A DNA stretch of 64,000 nt, taken from Patescibacteria group bacterium. GTDB lineage: Bacteria; Patescibacteriota; Dojkabacteria; GCA-002793355. Positions 20,225-29,108 of the stretch are shown here, piece by piece. The notes below the pieces were generated by a model that saw nothing but the letters and a program-made list of their open reading frames with translations, was not told the DNA's origin and made no database searches. Numbering within the stretch: the first letter of the stretch is position 1; the number at the start of each line of letters is the position of its first letter. A program made the position numbers and the translations under genes. The stretch is taken from contig BOKM01000001.1 of assembly GCA_016860985.1 (NCBI GenBank), positions 920,040 through 984,039 of the forward strand, in the 5' to 3' direction.

Positions 20225-21058
20225 TTATACTCCGGATTTTTGAGTGGTATAGACGCTGTAGCCCAATAATCCTTTTTTGGCCATATGATAGAACTCGACT
20301 GCAATTGTTGAGTTCACGAACAGGTGTTGAAGATGTAGGAACTTAATTGCTTTATATGGGATTTTTGCCATATTATAAAGTCTGCGTAAAGAGGGCTCAA
20401 AATTATCAGATATATCTTGTTGTGTTGCAGGTCCAATAAATTTTTCAAGAAGCTTTGTATAGTTGTCCTTTGTAAAGAGGGGAAGACTTGGAGAAGAAGT
20501 TCCTTCAACTACGATGTCGTACATTTCTTTCTCGTAGGGGGAGAAGTTGCTTACAAAATCTTGGGTATATTCCATTGATACAAGTTTTCCTCCGGGTTTT
20601 AGTACCCTATTAAATTCTGAAAGTGCTTTCTCTAGATTTGGCGCATGGCAAAGTGTTTCAACTGTATAAATCTTATCGAAGGAATTATCTTCAAAAGGCA
20701 ATTCCTGGTAGTCGCCACAGACAAAGGTTGTCTTGTTTGTGATGCCGGCTTTTTTCGCCCTGTATTTTGCCCTAGAAACAACGTATGGAGTTATGTCGAT
20801 GCCCGTAATGTGGCAATGGTATCGCGATGCAATGTCTGCTGCAACAAACCCTTGCCCACACCCTGCGTCTAATACTTTATCTTCTGGTTGCAGATTGAGG
20901 TTTTTCGCAATCACATCATGATGCGCTTTTTGAGCTTCCCATTCAGAAATGTTCGATTTTTCAGTTGGATAGTATCCGAAGTGCTGTGACCCATGCATGA
21001 CGAAAAAATAGCCGAGGTTTGCACTGATAGATTGGTAGTATTGTTGAACGGTTCTCAT
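20225..21058 (-). CDS. Class I SAM-dependent methyltransferase of the sterol-C24-methyltransferase (Erg6/SMT)-like subfamily
   Basis: The block VLDAGCGQGFVAADIA..ITGIDITPYVVSRAKYRAKKAGITNKTTFVCGDYQELPFEDNSFDKIYTVETLCHAPNLEKALSEFNRVLKPGG is collinear with yeast Erg6 ([56 protein letters not shown]). A HFGYY stretch lies upstream of it. Confidence 0.65.
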   Translation of the reverse strand: MRTVQQYYQSISANLGYFFVMHGSQHFGYYPTEKSNISEWEAQKAHHDVIAKNLNLQPEDKVLDAGCGQGFVAADIASRYHCHITGIDITPYVVSRAKYRAKKAGITNKTTFVCGDYQELPFEDNSFDKIYTVETLCHAPNLEKALSEFNRVLKPGGKLVSMEYTQDFVSNFSPYEKEMYDIVVEGTSSPSLPLFTKDNYTKLLEKFIGPATQQDISDNFEPSLRRLYNMAKIPYKAIKFLHLQHLFVNSTIAVEFYHMAKKGLLGYSVYTTQKSGV

Positions 21059-22038
21059 GATTGCTTAGTGAGTGGTTTCCAAAAATATCGTAATTCTTCA
21101 ACATAGCTATATACATGATCAAGAATGTCGTTTGCTTCTGGGTAGTTACGTTTCAGTAATTGTTCACAATCAAATATTCGAACCTGCTCAACCTCATTTT
21201 TATCAAAACCATATGGACCGTTTGAAATACCAGCAAATAGATAATAAAACTCTGATTGGGTTTCGCTTTGATACAAACCTTTACGAATAAGCTTTAAATT
21301 CACTGAAATGCCCATCTCTTCCATGAGTTCCGATGCTGCACATTGTTCAATTGTTTGACCAAACACTTGATGACCACCGGGCATATCCCATTTTCCTGGA
21401 CCGGTCATTTTGTTCCAGCTTCTCTGCTGTAGGACTACATCTCCGTTTGATGTAAATATCATAAGGTGAGCAGCTCTGTGGTATCGGGAAGGAACTTTGT
21501 GAGCCTCTTTTTTTGTGATCTTTCCGATTTCCTCATCCTCTTTATTAACCTCAACAAGCATTTCATCTTCGGAGATGTTGATTGCCCTAATTGCAATATC
21601 AAGTTCTTGCGCAAGGTCCTTTTCGATTTGGTAAATATCATCTGATTTGATGAATTCGTCACGCGTAACCCATCTAAAATCCTGCAAATTCTCATTGGAA
21701 ACTGGCTCACCACTAATATAATCACAAAGATAATAAAGGTTAACCCCATATGCTCTTGAATCCCAACCATGATCTGTGTTTATTGCGACAAACTTTTTCA
21801 GAGATGCGGTTACGCCTGTTACCTCATTCTTTAGAACTCGTAATGCAGTTTCTTGTGGCGTTTCGTTCCAGTACATTCGACTTCCAGGGAATAACCAACC
21901 TGGAAACTGACTATGTCTACCAAGCAAAAGATGTTCCCCTTTTCGGACAATTACGTTGACGTTAACGATTGGTGTAACACGCGCCATAAGTTCTTTAAGG
22001 TGTTGCTCTTTTGTTACCTTGTAATGAGGATTTTGCAT
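21055..22038 (-). CDS. Tandem (double) Nudix hydrolase
   Basis: Two Nudix boxes are present: GSRMYWNETPQETALRVLKNEVG and GGHQVFGQTIEQCAASELMEEMG. The stop codon overlaps the start of the methyltransferase gene (ATGA). Confidence 0.7.
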   Translation of the reverse strand: MQNPHYKVTKEQHLKELMARVTPIVNVNVIVRKGEHLLLGRHSQFPGWLFPGSRMYWNETPQETALRVLKNEVTGVTASLKKFVAINTDHGWDSRAYGVNLYYLCDYISGEPVSNENLQDFRWVTRDEFIKSDDIYQIEKDLAQELDIAIRAINISEDEMLVEVNKEDEEIGKITKKEAHKVPSRYHRAAHLMIFTSNGDVVLQQRSWNKMTGPGKWDMPGGHQVFGQTIEQCAASELMEEMGISVNLKLIRKGLYQSETQSEFYYLFAGISNGPYGFDKNEVEQVRIFDCEQLLKRNYPEANDILDHVYSYVEELRYFWKPLTKQS

Positions 22039-22055
22039 AGTATTCTTCTTGAATA

Positions 22056-22129
22056 TGGGAACAACAAGATTCGAACTTGTGACCTTTCCGATGTGAACGG
22101 AATGCTCTAACCAGCTGAGCTATGTTCCC
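22056..22129 (-). tRNA. tRNA-Val (anticodon CAC)
   Basis: A 74-nt cloverleaf: GGGAACA-TA-GCTC-AGCTGGTTA-GAGC-A-TTCCG-TTCACAT-CGGAA-AGGTC-ACAAG-TTCGAAT-CTTGT-TGTTCCC-A. Confidence 0.8.
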
Positions 22130-22157
22130 AAGGTTAGTAATTATACCGCAAGTAAAT

Positions 22158-22895
22158 CTAAATTTCAGTTTCTTGTTGTGGTGGATCTTCAATAACGATA
22201 CCAAATGCATTCAAGAGATTCATTACTTCTGGTTCAGAAAATTTGGCACCTTTCATTTGGTTTTGTCGAGCGTCAAAGCTATAATTTACGGCACCTCTAA
22301 AATCACATTTCGCAAGGTTTGTATGGTGAAAAACAGTGCGTGAGAGCTCAGAAAACTCAAAGGAGGATTCACTAAGCTGAGCCTCCGAGAAATCCGCTTC
22401 GGTTAGCTTGCAATTCTTAAAAAGGGACTTTTCCATTCTCATCGTACTAAAATGCGCATATTCTAAGTTGCAGTCAATGAACGATAATAAAAGTGGTAAT
22501 GTTTGGGATATTGTTGAAAAATCAACTCCAATAAAGGAGCAAGTATGAAATGTTGCTCCTCTAATTATTGTGTCTATTAACTGGGTGTTATTAAAATTGC
22601 TATGATTAAACGTACAAGATTCAAATGTGTTCTTTTTTAGTTTTGATTGGCTAAATGCACAACGATTGAATATACAATTCGTGAAATCAGAGCCTTCTAA
22701 CGTTGTTTGATTAAAGTCATTACCTGTAAAAATGCAGTCACTATACTGCCGAAAAGATTCTAACACGAGATTAGTTTTATAATGGGTTGAAAGGTCCACT
22801 ATACAAATCATCAACTTCGTCAACTTCCAGTGATCCAACATCTGCATCAACGTCGTCGAATTCATCACCAGTTGCAAGAATTGGCTTGATGTCAC
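22158..22895 (-). CDS. Pentapeptide-repeat protein (Qnr/MfpA-like right-handed quadrilateral beta-helix fold)
   Basis: Consecutive A(D/N)LxX pentads appear throughout, including CIFTGNDFNQTTLEGSDFTNCIFNRCAFSQSKLKKNTFESCTFNHSNFNN and CKLTEADFSEAQLSESSFEFSELS. The start is uncertain because it overlaps the next gene. Confidence 0.7.
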   Translation of the reverse strand: MTSSQFLQLVMNSTTLMQMLDHWKLTKLMICIVDLSTHYKTNLVLESFRQYSDCIFTGNDFNQTTLEGSDFTNCIFNRCAFSQSKLKKNTFESCTFNHSNFNNTQLIDTIIRGATFHTCSFIGVDFSTISQTLPLLLSFIDCNLEYAHFSTMRMEKSLFKNCKLTEADFSEAQLSESSFEFSELSRTVFHHTNLAKCDFRGAVNYSFDARQNQMKGAKFSEPEVMNLLNAFGIVIEDPPQQETEI

Positions 22896-23103
22896 CTTTG
22901 ACCTCTTTACCTTCTTCTTCCATGAGTTTTTTTATATCTTCTTTTGTCATTGGGGTTGCTTCTGAGAAGGTAAGGTACTCACCACAATGGTGACAGGCAA
23001 AAACGTAATAAACGTCTTCGCCACAGTTACTGCAAGACATTTTTACTACATTGTATTCTTTTTGCCCACCAACTTTTGCTGGGGCTTTTGTCGTTTTTTC
23101 CAT
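22777..23103 (-). CDS. Small zinc-ribbon protein with an acidic C-terminal tail
   Basis: The four-Cys ribbon reads CSNCGEDVYYVFACHHCGEY, followed by DEFDDVDADVGSLEVDEVDD. The gene overlaps the 5' end of the pentapeptide ORF by 119 bp, so one of the two starts is likely mis-set. Confidence 0.45.
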   Translation of the reverse strand: MEKTTKAPAKVGGQKEYNVVKMSCSNCGEDVYYVFACHHCGEYLTFSEATPMTKEDIKKLMEEEGKEVKGDIKPILATGDEFDDVDADVGSLEVDEVDDLYSGPFNPL

Positions 23104-23180
23104 ATATTCTTAGAGAACTAACTAGGATTACTGTCAGTATAGCAACGATAAATCAGAATGGCAATATCTCAGAAGTTCCA

Positions 23181-24095
23181 CTAGCGTTTCTTTCGGCCAA
23201 ATCGGAGGAAAAGTACTGTAACGACTCCAACAAGTGCGAGGACAGCAATGAGAGGAATCGGAATAATCCAAAAGCTTACTACTCTATCTGCAACCACACG
23301 ATTGTTATTTTGGTCGTATCCAACCTTGGCTGTTGCAATATACTTACCTATTCGAAAGTAATCAAGGTTAATGGTTATGCCAGTTTTATCAGTTTTTATA
23401 AGTCCTTTTTGTGGCGTCCATGTTACTGAATAAGTGCGTTCATTTTCAGGAAGTATAACAAGCTGATCTTGGTTGAAATTTGTGTTCCAAAATGAGTTAG
23501 TAATTTCACCTCTGTGTACAAAAATATCACCACTTGGTAAGAATTCGACATTTCCTTTGTTCTTGAACTGAAGTGTAAAGGTTGCCTCTTCGTTTGGCCA
23601 CATCCAGAAAATGGGTTTATTTACGGTGTATGACACTACTTCGCTGTCACGCAACTCTTCACCCGCGACTTTACCAAGTATTTGGTATGCTACTTTATCG
23701 TCAAGTGCTGCGCCCGAAGATGCGAGCTGCTGGAGTCCGTTCTTCTTTTCAATAACAATTGCAGCATATTTTCCGCCTGGTTTAGGGTCACTTGGAACGT
23801 TGATGGTATAAGGAATCTCAATAGATTGGTTTTGCTTTAGAGTTACCTCTTGCTTTGATAAGGTAATCCAAGAGGTCATATCATACATTTGTCGTCCGTT
23901 TGGCGTTCTATCATAAATGTACTTATTTCCATTCTCCTGAAATACGAACTTAACAGAAAGAACGAAAGTCTGGGCTTCTGGCTCACCCGTTACAAAAGAA
24001 TTGGTAAGCGTAAAGGTTCCTTTTACGCTCTTTCCTGCCTCAAAAGTATACCTATTTAAAGAAGGACTGATAATATAACCATAATCTCGTGCCAT
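23181..24095 (-). CDS. Hypothetical beta-rich protein with a single C-terminal TM anchor. The DUF916-like resemblance is tentative.
   Basis: No signal peptide. The C-terminus is FWIIPIPLIAVLALVGVVTVLFLRFGRKKR, a TM followed by a basic stop-transfer. There is only a 6-bp gap to the upstream secreted protein gene. Confidence 0.55.
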   Translation of the reverse strand: MARDYGYIISPSLNRYTFEAGKSVKGTFTLTNSFVTGEPEAQTFVLSVKFVFQENGNKYIYDRTPNGRQMYDMTSWITLSKQEVTLKQNQSIEIPYTINVPSDPKPGGKYAAIVIEKKNGLQQLASSGAALDDKVAYQILGKVAGEELRDSEVVSYTVNKPIFWMWPNEEATFTLQFKNKGNVEFLPSGDIFVHRGEITNSFWNTNFNQDQLVILPENERTYSVTWTPQKGLIKTDKTGITINLDYFRIGKYIATAKVGYDQNNNRVVADRVVSFWIIPIPLIAVLALVGVVTVLFLRFGRKKR

Positions 24096-24101
24096 GTTTT
24101 T

Positions 24102-25118
24102 TTAAAAAGTTGCGGAGACAGTGTAAGTTACTTGTTGTGTGTAGTTTCCAGTTGTAGTATCACCATCCATTGCTGCACGATGTGTGACTAGTGCTGTATT
24201 TGTTGTATCAGTTGTACCTGGATTGTTGGTCCCAGAACCTGTGAGAAGGTTGGTGGCTGAGCTGATTGGTAATGGTGTGTCATCATCAGAAAAGTCTCCT
24301 GACTCGGTAACAGTACCTCCGGTTATGGAGCCACCAGTTAAGGCAATACCGTACCCTTCTGTACCTGAGGCAACAGTCGAGTTTTCTGCAACTAAATCAA
24401 TATCTAGGTTATCTGCAACGTTGCCAGAACCACTCTTTCTCAAGTCACCATCGGAGTTAACTTGAATTGTAAAGCCGGATGCTGCATTTGTTGTTACTTT
24501 TAACCTATATGCACAGGTGTTTACAGTAACAAGTGACAATGTTCCTAATGCGCAAGTGTTAGTATTGCCAGTATCATCAGAGGTTCTAATAACAAACGAA
24601 AGTGCAGGTTGTACTTGTGCGGAAACATTAACTACGTTTGCACTTCCAACATATACGAGTGCTCCACCGTAGTCGTTGTTCGAAGAAACTGTTTTTGAGT
24701 CAGTAAAAGTAATACCGTAATTTCCTGTTGCTGCGGATAGGTTAATACAGAAGTCAACGCCAGTTGTATCTGCAGTTGTTGTAGACGCAGTGAATGTGTA
24801 CGTATAGGTTTGAGATGCAACAGAACCTGAGCCATCTGGTGTTGAGTCTCCATCTGCGTCGGTAGTTCCGGACGTGCAGTTTGCTATAGTAACCCCAGCT
24901 GGAGCAACAATTGAAACAGTATTTGTGTTTGCATAGTCAACGGAAGCGGTATATGAGAAGGTTACATCTGTTGGTGTCGAGGCCGTCAGTGTGCTTGGTG
25001 CAACCGTAACTGCAACACCTGCAGCATGAACTGTTCCGATTGCTCCGATGAACGTAATAACGGACAGAATATAAAATAGCGCGATCGTGGTATGGACCTG
25101 TACTCTCTGAGTATACAT
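24102..25118 (-). CDS. Secreted Thr/Ser/Asn/Gly-rich beta protein with an N-terminal signal peptide
   Basis: The signal peptide is TTIALFYILSVITFIGAIGTVHA|AGV. Composition is low-complexity and T-rich. An internal ALGTLSLV motif is reminiscent of TasA/camelysin-type proteins, but the match is weak. Confidence 0.55.
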   Translation of the reverse strand: MYTQRVQVHTTIALFYILSVITFIGAIGTVHAAGVAVTVAPSTLTASTPTDVTFSYTASVDYANTNTVSIVAPAGVTIANCTSGTTDADGDSTPDGSGSVASQTYTYTFTASTTTADTTGVDFCINLSAATGNYGITFTDSKTVSSNNDYGGALVYVGSANVVNVSAQVQPALSFVIRTSDDTGNTNTCALGTLSLVTVNTCAYRLKVTTNAASGFTIQVNSDGDLRKSGSGNVADNLDIDLVAENSTVASGTEGYGIALTGGSITGGTVTESGDFSDDDTPLPISSATNLLTGSGTNNPGTTDTTNTALVTHRAAMDGDTTTGNYTQQVTYTVSATF

Positions 25119-25170
25119 GTATGGCAGTAAAAAAGTTACTACGAAGTTTTAACACACCGCGCTATGGGTG

Positions 25171-28146
25171 TCAAACGCGCTTCATGTCAAGTGGCATGTG
25201 ACACTTCTTGTACTTCTTTCCGCTTCCGCAGGGGCAAGGGTCATTTCTTCCTGCTCGAAGGCTAGATTTCGCTGATTCTTTCTCGTTTTGTCGTGCAATT
25301 CTATTGCTAAGTGCTGCATTTACGGCGTCCCTCACTGCTGCTCTCCCTTGTTTTGGAATTGGAAGTCTTGAAACATTCGGTAATCCTTGCTCTTCTCGAT
25401 TGTCATTAACTCTTAACCGATACATTTTTCTTGAAACCATATCTCCAAGTGAGGCGAAGTACTCTTCGAAAAGCACTGCTCCTTCTCTCTTGTATTCAAC
25501 AAGGGGGTCTCTCTGTGCATAACCCCGAAGGCCAATACCTTCACGTAAATCGGACATTGCATCAATGTGATCCATCCAAAGATAATCGAGAGAAGACATA
25601 ATGAGGAATCTCTCGTACTCTTTGTCCGGAAGTGCTGAGGATAATGATTGTAGTTCGAGATGGAAGGAGGTCAGCAGTAAGTTTACTAGCATGTCGGTAT
25701 GAAGGGTTGCAACTTTCTTTTTAACGCTAATTATTGCTTCTTTCATTGCAGCATAGTCAGAAAAACCTGCTTTCTTTGCTGCCTCGTTTTGAATATCATC
25801 AGGGATACACGTATCCAAATAATCAAACAAAAGCGTTGCTTGTTTTGGCGTTATCTTTGTTGCAAGCGGTGAAAGTTCACCTAGTGATGATTCTATTTGC
25901 ATCACAATCTGCTTAACAATCCATAATCGAAGGGAGTAATCCATAAAGGAGTCCTTTACAATCTCTCTTAGTTTTTTATTCTGTGGCTCTTTAAGCGTGT
26001 AATTTCTAAGTTCGGTGATAAACTGTTTTAGTTTTTCACCTTCTAAACTCAATGGTTCGAGTGCAGGTAACGGCTCGTTGTGCAAAAGAATCAAAATAAT
26101 TTTTCGCATTTTGTATACCGTTTCTCGTTGCTGATTTAAAACGTCGTCGTAATCTACGAGTCTTCTTCTTGTGTCAAAGTTTAGTGATTCGACTTTTTGC
26201 TGTGCTTTTTCAAGAATGGAAGACAATAAACGCGATTCTAATGGAACATCTTCAGGAAGTGAGTTTCCAAGTATCGCCTTCATCATATCTCCACCAAATA
26301 CGCGCATTAAATGATCTTCTAGCGAGAGATAAAAACGAGATGAACCTGGATCACCCAATCGCCCGGATCGACCTCTTAGCTGATTGTCGATACGGCGTGC
26401 TTCGTGTCTCTCAGTTCCAATAATGTGTAATCCACCTAAATCCTTAACCACGTCGGTGAGCTTAATGTCGGTACCTCTTCCGGCCATGTTTGTAGCAATG
26501 GTGACCATGTTTTGTGCCCCTGCCTTAGCAACTACTTTCGCTTCCTTCTCGTGAAGTTTTGCGTTGAGTACCTGATGTGGGATTCCTTCTTTTTTAAGCA
26601 GGTCAGATAAGTATTCTGACTTTTCAATCGAGGTCGTTCCAGCAAGTACAGGTCTACCGAGCTCGTATTGCTTTTTAATTTCCTGGACTACGGCTGCAAA
26701 CTTTCCTTTCTCGGTTTTGTAAATGGTATCGGGCATATCATCACGAATAACCGATTTGTAGGTAGGTACTCGAACAACATCTAATCGGTAAATTTTCTGG
26801 AACTCTTCGGCTTCGGTCATTGCGGTACCCGTCATACCTGAAAGATACGAGTACATCCTAAAGTAGTTTTGGTATGAAATCGTTGCAAGGGTCTTACTTT
26901 CTTGCTTAATGGTTACTCGCTCTTTTGCTTCGATAGCCTGGTGTAAACCTTCGCTATACCTTCTGCCTGGTTGCACACGGCCGGTAAATTGATCGACTAT
27001 AAGGACCTCATCGTTATGTACAATGTATTCCTTGTCTAATCGGTACAAGGCCTTTGCCTTGAGTGCATTGTCCATATGTCTTATAAATATACTGTCACTC
27101 CAAACATCATCCTGGCCAAACATTTCTTCAACCTTACGGATACCCATATCAGAAAGTACTACGGAGTGGCGCTTTTCATCTACCGCGTAGTCTTCTTCTG
27201 GTATTAACTCGTCTGCGATAGTCGCGAATCGTGCATACACGTCACTTGGCTGAGAGTCGGGCTCCGAAATGATGAGGGGAGTTCGTGCTTCGTCGATAAG
27301 AATTGAGTCACACTCGTCTACAACGGCAAATACAAAATGACGTTGTACTCTGTCTTCAAGTGCTTTTGCGCTATTATCTCGTAAATAATCAAAACCGAAC
27401 TCGCTAGCCTGTCCGTAAATAACATCGGTAAGGTATGCTTCTTTTTTGGTAATCTTTTTAAGATTGGTACCGTTCATGGTAGACATATTTGCCATATCCT
27501 TTTTCTCGAGGGACGATTTTGAGTCTGGGCCAAAAATGCTAACAACTTCTTCATCGGAAATAATCTCATAAGAGGCTTCTGCTGTAATTACAGCAGTTTT
27601 CATACCAAGAGCCAAAAGTATTTGACCACTCCACTCTGCATCACGCTTTGCAAGGTAATCGTTGACAGTTGCAACATGAACGCCGTAACCAAGAAGACCG
27701 TATAAGTACGTAGGTAAAATTGCTGAGTTCGTTTTTCCTTCTCCTGTAAACACTTCTGTAATTTTTCCTTGTGAAAGGAGGATTCCTGTAATCAGCTGTA
27801 CGTCAAAATGTCTGTGTTTCGCAACTCTTTTTGCTGCCTCTCTGACCCTTGCAAAAATTTCTGGGAGCATACTCATAAGCGCTTTTCGTTCTTGCTCTAA
27901 CTTTTTTTTGTCTAGCTGGGGGTAGTTTACATCATAATAAATCTCAGGTGATTTGCGAGCTGCGATGTCTATTCCAAGCTGCTTTCTGAAATATTCGGTA
28001 GAGGCCCGCAATTCTGCGTCTGTAAGTTTTTCTACATCCGGCTCGAGTGCATTAATTTTTGTAATTAAAGAACGTGCCTTCTGTACTTCTTTATCATTTG
28101 GAGAGAATATTTTTGCTAAAAAGTTGCTCATATTGTTGGTATACAA
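25171..28146 (-). CDS. secA: Preprotein translocase ATPase SecA (long form, with a C-terminal zinc-binding tail)
   Basis: DEAD-like motor motifs are present: Walker A TGEGKT, Walker B VVDECDSILIDEARTPLIIS and motif MTGTA. A preprotein cross-linking region, a helical scaffold and C-terminal CPCGSGKKYKKCH are present. Confidence 0.9.
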   Translation of the reverse strand: MYTNNMSNFLAKIFSPNDKEVQKARSLITKINALEPDVEKLTDAELRASTEYFRKQLGIDIAARKSPEIYYDVNYPQLDKKKLEQERKALMSMLPEIFARVREAAKRVAKHRHFDVQLITGILLSQGKITEVFTGEGKTNSAILPTYLYGLLGYGVHVATVNDYLAKRDAEWSGQILLALGMKTAVITAEASYEIISDEEVVSIFGPDSKSSLEKKDMANMSTMNGTNLKKITKKEAYLTDVIYGQASEFGFDYLRDNSAKALEDRVQRHFVFAVVDECDSILIDEARTPLIISEPDSQPSDVYARFATIADELIPEEDYAVDEKRHSVVLSDMGIRKVEEMFGQDDVWSDSIFIRHMDNALKAKALYRLDKEYIVHNDEVLIVDQFTGRVQPGRRYSEGLHQAIEAKERVTIKQESKTLATISYQNYFRMYSYLSGMTGTAMTEAEEFQKIYRLDVVRVPTYKSVIRDDMPDTIYKTEKGKFAAVVQEIKKQYELGRPVLAGTTSIEKSEYLSDLLKKEGIPHQVLNAKLHEKEAKVVAKAGAQNMVTIATNMAGRGTDIKLTDVVKDLGGLHIIGTERHEARRIDNQLRGRSGRLGDPGSSRFYLSLEDHLMRVFGGDMMKAILGNSLPEDVPLESRLLSSILEKAQQKVESLNFDTRRRLVDYDDVLNQQRETVYKMRKIILILLHNEPLPALEPLSLEGEKLKQFITELRNYTLKEPQNKKLREIVKDSFMDYSLRLWIVKQIVMQIESSLGELSPLATKITPKQATLLFDYLDTCIPDDIQNEAAKKAGFSDYAAMKEAIISVKKKVATLHTDMLVNLLLTSFHLELQSLSSALPDKEYERFLIMSSLDYLWMDHIDAMSDLREGIGLRGYAQRDPLVEYKREGAVLFEEYFASLGDMVSRKMYRLRVNDNREEQGLPNVSRLPIPKQGRAAVRDAVNAALSNRIARQNEKESAKSSLRAGRNDPCPCGSGKKYKKCHMPLDMKRV

Positions 28147-29099
28147 AGTCTCAATGTTATCTGTAACGACTCAGTGAAGTCAAAGCAATTATACACTCTT
28201 TTACCAATCCTTGTACTAGTACGAGCAAATAATTCCAGAGATTGGATATCAACTGCTGAGAGTATTAGATGAGTTTGAGACATTTCATATTGTACCCATT
28301 GCAGGGATCTCTCTTTTTCAAGAAAAATAAGGTCACCTGATTTCGAGGTATAAAGCTTGTTATTGTCATCAACAAGGCAAAAATCGTCAAGGTAAAAGAC
28401 AAATAGTTTGGCACTTTCGGCGGTACAACTAATTCTTGTTGGTGTTTCCCCTTGCTGTAGTAATAGTACACGTTTTTTAGGTTCCAAGAACGGATACATT
28501 TCGGATAAAAGCGCATAGTATGAGCCTTCATGCACTACAACATCCTTTAATTTTAACAGTTCCGTAAAAATATAGGTTTCTTTTTTTATAACTGAGTTTT
28601 GTTCAATCATAAAATGGGTGAGAAAAGCTTTCGGTTGTTTTTGTGATTGCACGTCATATTCTCCCGAAAGAAAAAGGTGGGTTGTAGAATCTTCCGTCTG
28701 ATATAGAAATTGCGAGTGAATTGTTTCTTTTGGTGATAGATCGAAAGTTGCCACCAGCTCAACACTCTGTGCCGTAGTCATTCTGTAAAACCGCAATATA
28801 CGATCCTGTTCAATTGAAGAAAAATATCCAAAAGAACCTAGAAAATAGTCTGCTTTTATTGAGAGCTCCTTAATGCTCTTTTTGCTAGTTCCTTTAAGTG
28901 TGTAGAAAGAGATGTCACTTCTGCATAATATTCCTGTATTTATATCTGTAGTTATTACTGTGTCAGAATCCAGGCAATAGTGACGAGTAGCGGAAGGAAT
29001 ATTTTGGGGATCTCGCATAGTTTGCTTTTGTGAAAGTAAAAAGCCAAGTAGGTAAGCAATAACAATGATGCAGGTGATAAATATTGCTTTTCTGTTCAT
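28128..29099 (-). CDS. Hypothetical N-terminally anchored or secreted protein (323 aa)
   Basis: An N-terminal hydrophobic segment AIFITCIIVIAYLLGFLL is present. No family was recognised. The start overlaps the secA 3' end by 19 bp. Confidence 0.5.
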   Translation of the reverse strand: MNRKAIFITCIIVIAYLLGFLLSQKQTMRDPQNIPSATRHYCLDSDTVITTDINTGILCRSDISFYTLKGTSKKSIKELSIKADYFLGSFGYFSSIEQDRILRFYRMTTAQSVELVATFDLSPKETIHSQFLYQTEDSTTHLFLSGEYDVQSQKQPKAFLTHFMIEQNSVIKKETYIFTELLKLKDVVVHEGSYYALLSEMYPFLEPKKRVLLLQQGETPTRISCTAESAKLFVFYLDDFCLVDDNNKLYTSKSGDLIFLEKERSLQWVQYEMSQTHLILSAVDIQSLELFARTSTRIGKRVYNCFDFTESLQITLRLCIPTI

Positions 29100-29108
29100 T
29101 TGTCGAAA

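Noticed and set aside
21055-21058. Possibility of an alternative genetic code (UGA sense, as in Gracilibacteria/Absconditabacteria)
   Set aside because: The ATGA start/stop overlap between the Nudix and methyltransferase genes uses TGA as a stop, and long ORFs are intact under the standard table, so code 11 is assumed.
22777-22895. 119-bp same-strand overlap between the zinc-ribbon and pentapeptide-repeat ORFs, considered as programmed frameshift or fusion
   Set aside because: No slippery heptamer is evident. Mis-set start codons for one of the two genes are the simpler explanation.
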